Shown: positions 28,454 to 32,000 of the stretch, piece by piece
Layout: every line of letters starts with the position of its first letter
How positions within the stretch are numbered: position 1 is the first letter of the stretch
From: Opitutales bacterium
GTDB lineage: Bacteria > Verrucomicrobiota > Verrucomicrobiia > Opitutales > UBA9783
DNA length: 32,000 nt
Assembly: GCA_024407725.1 (NCBI GenBank)
Contig: JAKSVZ010000004.1
Location: forward strand, 1-32,000
Direction: 5' to 3'
The notes under the pieces: generated by a model
Seen by the model: only the letters and a program-made list of their open reading frames with translations
What the model was told of the DNA's origin: nothing
Databases searched by the model: none
Program-made: the position numbers and the translations under genes

Positions 28454-29315
28454 TTCTGCTTACCTAGAAGCGTTTCAGAATTATTTAAAGCAGCGCGCTT
28501 ATTCCGCGTATACTCAACGGGATTATGTTCGATCGATTACCGCTTGGATGGCGTTTACACAAGAACACGCTAACGATGCGCTGGACACAAAGCTTTTAGG
28601 GCTATTTTTACAACAACGGAAGGTTAATAAACGTACCCTCAATCATGATTTGTCGGCTCTGCGCACTTTTTTCCATTTTATCGAACAGCATTACCATCAT
28701 AAAATGCCGCAAAATTTGAAGGAAATGAGCCCAAAATTTGAGCCCAAATTGCCTCAGTTTTTTACCCTTGAACAAATGAACACTCTATTAGCTACGCCGG
28801 ATCAATTGTTCGAGGCGGGTAAACTAACTGAGTTTTTTTGGCGGCGGGATAAAGCTCTGCTGGAATTACTCTATGGCAGCGGCGTTCGCGTCGGGGAATT
28901 GGTCGCCTTACGCAGGGAACACGTTTTATGGGATCAACGCCTCCTGCGGGTCTTGGGGAAAGGGCGCAAAGAACGCATCATACCGTTTGGAAAACCCGCC
29001 CTAGAAGCACTCCAAGCATTACATGCACACATACACACCGAGGTGCTCATCCCCAATCAATCTGGATGGGCTTTAACCACCCGTAGCGTCGAGTTGCTGA
29101 TCAAAAAATACCTATTGGCAGCCCATTTGCCGCTTACCATGACCCCACATAGCTGCCGCCACAGTTACGCAACCCATTTATTACAAAACGGAGCCGATTT
29201 GCGCGTTGTACAGGCACTTTTGGGGCATGCTAGTTTAGCCACAACCCAAATTTATACGCACGTCAATATTCAGTTCTTGCAAAAGGTTTATCACAAATCC
29301 CATCCGCAAAGTTAA
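28446..29315 (+). CDS. Tyrosine recombinase, XerC/XerD family
   Basis: It has an N-terminal SAM-like core-binding domain (YLEAFQNYLKQRAYSAYTQRDYVRSI). The catalytic blocks are GVRVGELVALR, HSCRHSYATHLL and LLGHASLATTQIYTHV. The start is either ATG 28446 (ATGACTGA overlap with the der stop) or ATG 28419. Confidence 0.85.
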   Translation: MTDSAYLEAFQNYLKQRAYSAYTQRDYVRSITAWMAFTQEHANDALDTKLLGLFLQQRKVNKRTLNHDLSALRTFFHFIEQHYHHKMPQNLKEMSPKFEPKLPQFFTLEQMNTLLATPDQLFEAGKLTEFFWRRDKALLELLYGSGVRVGELVALRREHVLWDQRLLRVLGKGRKERIIPFGKPALEALQALHAHIHTEVLIPNQSGWALTTRSVELLIKKYLLAAHLPLTMTPHSCRHSYATHLLQNGADLRVVQALLGHASLATTQIYTHVNIQFLQKVYHKSHPQS

Positions 29316-29393
29316 CCCTATGTTCCTTTCAGACTTGATTTTTGTACCAACAAAATTTAAAAGTTAAACACCCTATCTAAAAGATAGCATTCA

Positions 29394-29486
29394 GGAGAGA
29401 TGGCTGAGAGGCTGAAAGCACCCGCCTGCTAAGTGGGTAAGTTCCGATAAGGGGCTTCACGGGTTCGAATCCCGTTCTCTCCGCCA
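29394..29486 (+). tRNA. tRNA-Ser (anticodon GCU), class II with long variable arm, CCA encoded
   Basis: The acceptor stem is GGAGAGA/TCTCTCC. The anticodon stem is CCCGC/GTGGG with loop CTGCTAA. The T-arm is GGGTTCGAATCCC, followed by a discriminator G and then CCA. Confidence 0.93.
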
Positions 29487-29506
29487 TAGGAGCGGCGTAG
29501 CTTCTA

Positions 29507-29524
29507 CCCCCCCCCAAAAAAAAA
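29507..29524. repeat. Back-to-back homopolymers C9 then A9, immediately upstream of the candidate -35 of OMP paralog 3
   Basis: Counted directly: C at 29507..29515 and A at 29516..29524, followed by cgcTTGCAA. Confidence 0.9.
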
Positions 29525-29527
29525 CGC

Positions 29528-29549
29528 TTGCAATTTCAGGAAAATGCCC
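29528..29549 (+). promoter_or_regulatory. Promoter-like motif shared with OMP paralog 1 (TTGCAATTTCAGGAAAATGCC)
   Basis: It is 18/21 identical to the minus-sense TTGCGATTTCAGCAAAATTCC at 3444..3424, which in paralog 1 supplies the -35 and spacer of a TTGCGA-N17-TAAAAT promoter. Here the -10 is less clear (CAAAAT/AAATCT). Confidence 0.35.
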
Positions 29550-29554
29550 AAAAT

Positions 29555-29610
29555 CTTATAAGGAAACGCCTTATAAGGAAACGCCTTATAAGGAAACGCC
29601 TTATAAGGAA
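29555..29610. repeat. 3.7 tandem copies of a 15-bp unit CTTATAAGGAAACGC ending exactly at the ATG of OMP paralog 3
   Basis: Units are at 29555-69, 29570-84, 29585-99 and a partial 29600-10. All copies are identical. Each contains the perfect 8-bp palindrome CTTATAAG and an SD-like AAGGAA. Confidence 0.92.
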
Positions 29611-30597
29611 ATGACTAAAAGAGTAAGCCTATTATTAGCTCTAAGCATTGCTTTAGGAATCCACACCCCCTGTTATGGTTTGTACGTCATGGTACGGTCG
29701 GGATTCGGAGAGTTAAAGCCAGATGGTGATGTAGGAGGTTTTAATAAACAGCAGGGTACAAATCCTATATGGCGAACGAGAGGTGCTTTTGATGATGATC
29801 AGCTTAGGTTTAATAATGCTCGTTCCTTCTCTCGGGATGCCAATTGTACCAAGGGGAAATTTGAGTATAAAGATCACAAAAACTTATCGGTTGCTTTAGG
29901 CGGTCGGTTCGATGTATTCGACACAGGAGCTCTAGGGTTGGAACTAGAAATCCTAGGATCTTATACTAATTTCAAACATAAAACACGCGATCAGATTACC
30001 CTTAATTTAGCAGAAGGTGACAGTCGTGGAGGAGAGCCAGGAGGTGTTGTTATTCCTCTCATTCATAATCGCCACGATATGCCTGCTATGGAACGTCCGG
30101 ATTTCCTAATGGTAGAATATACAAAGTGGGGCGATGAAAGGATAGCCTATATTAGGCCGCTATACCTTGCCAATCAACGGATTGTGGGTGCACAGGCCAA
30201 TATCTATTGGGAACAGTATATTTTGGATTGGTTATCCGCTGGTATTGGAGGCGGTATCGGTGGTGCTTACGTCTGCACCAAAATGACGACTCGTGAACAA
30301 TGGCGCATATTGGATATTCAGAATTTTAACGTAGGAGGAAATGCCAATCACTACATATGGATGAATTATGGCCACCAATATGCTACCAATCGTCGTAAGT
30401 ACGTCCATTCCGGCTCATTACTCTATAATTTTACGCTGTTTGTACGCGCAGAAAAATTTGAAACGCTATTTGAGGTTGGTTATCGCCATATCGGCTTGCA
30501 TCAGATGTTTGGGGCTAAATGCTACGGGTATGAAATCCCGAAGTTGGCTAATCTCCATTCCGACCAAGTATACATTGGCGTAGGAAGAACGTTCTAA
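29611..30597 (+). CDS. Putative beta-barrel outer-membrane protein, paralog 3
   Basis: It has a signal peptide MTKRVSLLLALSIALGIHTPCYG, family blocks YVMVRSGFGELK, NQRIVGAQANIYWEQYILDWLSAGIGGGIGGAYVCTK and LFVRAEKFETLFEVGYRHIGLHQ, and ends IGVGRTF. Confidence 0.75.
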   Translation: MTKRVSLLLALSIALGIHTPCYGLYVMVRSGFGELKPDGDVGGFNKQQGTNPIWRTRGAFDDDQLRFNNARSFSRDANCTKGKFEYKDHKNLSVALGGRFDVFDTGALGLELEILGSYTNFKHKTRDQITLNLAEGDSRGGEPGGVVIPLIHNRHDMPAMERPDFLMVEYTKWGDERIAYIRPLYLANQRIVGAQANIYWEQYILDWLSAGIGGGIGGAYVCTKMTTREQWRILDIQNFNVGGNANHYIWMNYGHQYATNRRKYVHSGSLLYNFTLFVRAEKFETLFEVGYRHIGLHQMFGAKCYGYEIPKLANLHSDQVYIGVGRTF

Positions 30598-30680
30598 AGG
30601 CGGCGTTCGCAGGTTTTCAAGCTACGCTATCAAAATAGGAATCGACATCCTTTTTAGGGATTGCAACACTTTCGAGGATA

Positions 30681-31301
30681 ATGCAACGCTTATCTGAACA
30701 AATTCTCGATCTGTGTAACGATAAAGGGGAACTCGTAACCACATTATCTGCCTTAAACAATCAGTTAAAAGACCAAAGTTTAGGGGTTTTTATCATCTTA
30801 TTATCATTTCCCAGTGCATTACCCGTTCCAGCAGCTGGGTACAGCACTCCGTTCGGCATCATCCTTTTATGGATTGGATGGCTTTTCCTGCGTGGACACC
30901 AACAGATTCAATTGCCCAACAAATGGCTCAACAAGCCCTTTAAAATCAATGCAAAAATCGTACGCGGCGGTATAAAAATGATCACTTTTTTAGAAAAATT
31001 TATCCATCCCAACCGCGCCCCTAAACTCTACCGGCTGATCAATCGCCGCTTGGTGGGTATCAACTTGATGCTGTTGGCGTTAATTATGGCTCTCCCAATT
31101 CCTTTAACCAATACCTTTCCAGCCGCTATTATTTTACTGTTTGGCCTCGGGTTGTTGGAAGCCGATGGAATCATACTCGGAATAGCGCAATGTCTGTCCA
31201 TTTTTGCTATAGGATTATACGTAGCTGCGGTATTAATCGCAGGAGTATTCGGATTGACTACGTTGAAACAGATACTGCGTGCATTGCATCTAATGGGATA
31301 A
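30681..31301 (+). CDS. ExoD-family (exopolysaccharide synthesis ExoD-like) membrane protein
   Basis: The N-terminal soluble segment is followed by LGVFIILLSFPSALPVPAAGYSTPFGIILLWIGWLF and a ...QLPNKWLNKP pattern. Additional TM segments follow, matching the ExoD (PF06055-type) layout as I recall it. Confidence 0.6.
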   Translation: MQRLSEQILDLCNDKGELVTTLSALNNQLKDQSLGVFIILLSFPSALPVPAAGYSTPFGIILLWIGWLFLRGHQQIQLPNKWLNKPFKINAKIVRGGIKMITFLEKFIHPNRAPKLYRLINRRLVGINLMLLALIMALPIPLTNTFPAAIILLFGLGLLEADGIILGIAQCLSIFAIGLYVAAVLIAGVFGLTTLKQILRALHLMG

Positions 31302-31308
31302 AACACTC

Positions 31309-32000
31309 ATGCTATTCACTCGATGGTTTTTGGATTTATTATTTCCGCGCGCATGCTTTCAATGCCAACAGCCGTTAGACTTGTCCCATTCGGGATTTGT
31401 GTGCGAAGCCTGCTTTAATCAAATCGTATTCAACCACGGCAGTTGCTGCTCTTGCTGCGGAAGGATGCTGGATAGCGATGCTAAGGACACTCCTTCCGAC
31501 CTAATTTGTTCCAATTGCCTAGAATTAAATCCCTACTTTAACCACGGCATCTCCTTGTTTGCATTCACCAACACCGGAAGAGCCTTTATTCATGCCTTAA
31601 AATACCGCAATGGTGCTTATTTGCGTTCCGATTTGGTACGCATCATTCAACACGAACAGGAGCGCTTACAAAGCTTGCAAGGATGTACCTTCGTACCGGT
31701 TCCTTTGCACTTTTTTAGAAAATGGAAACGGGGCTACAATCAATGCGAATGGATTACTAAAGCACTGCTTACCTGTATTGACGGAGAATGGGCTCCGATT
31801 TTGCGCCGTACGTTCAATACTCCTTCGCAAACAAGCTTGACGCGCGAAGAAAGAAAGCAGAATGTAAAAGGTGCATTCATGCTTAAACCCCATCACCCGT
31901 TAGATTGCACCCAAACCTATGTGTTGGTAGACGATGTTTTTACGACAGGAGCTACGCTTAATGAATGCGCCAAGGTGCTTCATCAACACGGTGCCAAAAA
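31309..32000 (+). CDS. ComF-family protein (double zinc-ribbon plus phosphoribosyltransferase domain), 3'-truncated by the window edge; absent from the ORF track
   Basis: By hand translation, frame 1 from ATG 31309 is open to base 32000. It reads MLFTRWFLDLLFPRACFQCQQPL...FVCEACF...CCSCCG...ICSNC... then ...YVLVDDVFTTGATLNECAKVLHQHGAK (PRPP-binding loop). Confidence 0.8.
   Translation, partial: MLFTRWFLDLLFPRACFQCQQPLDLSHSGFVCEACFNQIVFNHGSCCSCCGRMLDSDAKDTPSDLICSNCLELNPYFNHGISLFAFTNTGRAFIHALKYRNGAYLRSDLVRIIQHEQERLQSLQGCTFVPVPLHFFRKWKRGYNQCEWITKALLTCIDGEWAPILRRTFNTPSQTSLTREERKQNVKGAFMLKPHHPLDCTQTYVLVDDVFTTGATLNECAKVLHQHGAK

Noticed and set aside
28419-30680. Recombinase plus tRNA-Ser plus surface-protein gene as an integrated genomic island
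   Set aside because: The recombinase lies 5' of the tRNA, not 3' of it, and overlaps der translationally. It also has XerC/D-type N- and C-terminal blocks. I found no direct repeat of the tRNA 3' end downstream in the window. An island cannot be excluded without comparative genomes.
30598-30680. Possible terminator after OMP paralog 3 (aggaatcgacatcct followed by ttttt)
   Set aside because: The stem is only 4 bp (AGGA/TCCT) with a 7-nt loop, which is too weak to call.
31610-31896. 76-aa ORFs on both strands (31610-31840 plus, 31666-31896 minus)
   Set aside because: Both lie inside the frame-1 ComF-family CDS that runs to the window edge. The ComF frame contains the PRPP-binding loop and zinc-ribbon cysteines.

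Overview
This is a gene-dense chromosomal segment with about 28 CDS, 1 tRNA, short intergenic gaps and several 4-bp start/stop overlaps. Core housekeeping genes dominate: an M42 peptidase (5' partial), a PpiD-like chaperone and a YacP/NYN protein. They also include a long coupled minus-strand block (SulP permease, tilS, ftsH, def, fused LpxL/GT9 LPS enzyme), an MFS transporter and rpsB-tsf. The remainder are a contiguous dnaK-groES-groEL block, pheT, gatCAB, der, a Xer-type recombinase, tRNA-Ser(GCU), an ExoD-family membrane protein and a ComF-family gene. The ComF gene runs off the 3' edge and is missing from the supplied ORF track. I saw no CRISPR array, IS/transposon, prophage, toxin-antitoxin or recognisable defence system. 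Six things are not ordinary. (1) Three dispersed paralogs of a beta-barrel outer-membrane protein family that I cannot name (2546-3394, 12555-13505, 29611-30597). Each has a different leader: an 11-bp SD-occluding hairpin; a 4 x 9-bp repeat; a C9A9 tract plus a 3.7 x 15-bp palindrome-bearing repeat. (2) A pair of secreted Cys-motif proteins (334 aa and 81 aa) sharing the signal peptide, a C-x-A-x-C motif and a C-terminal motif. (3) A full match to the sigma-54 -24/-12 consensus directly upstream of dnaK-groES-groEL, with an inverted-repeat candidate enhancer about 90 bp further upstream and no CIRCE or sigma-32 signal. (4) An LpxL-heptosyltransferase fusion. (5) Ribosomal protein S2 with an ~84-aa Lys/Ala/Pro/Ser histone-H1-like tail. 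(6) Several candidate promoters whose -10 hexamer abuts the start codon (leaderless architecture). The chaperone sequences look PVC-superphylum-like to my eye. The taxon and all family assignments rest on remembered conserved motifs, not on searches.
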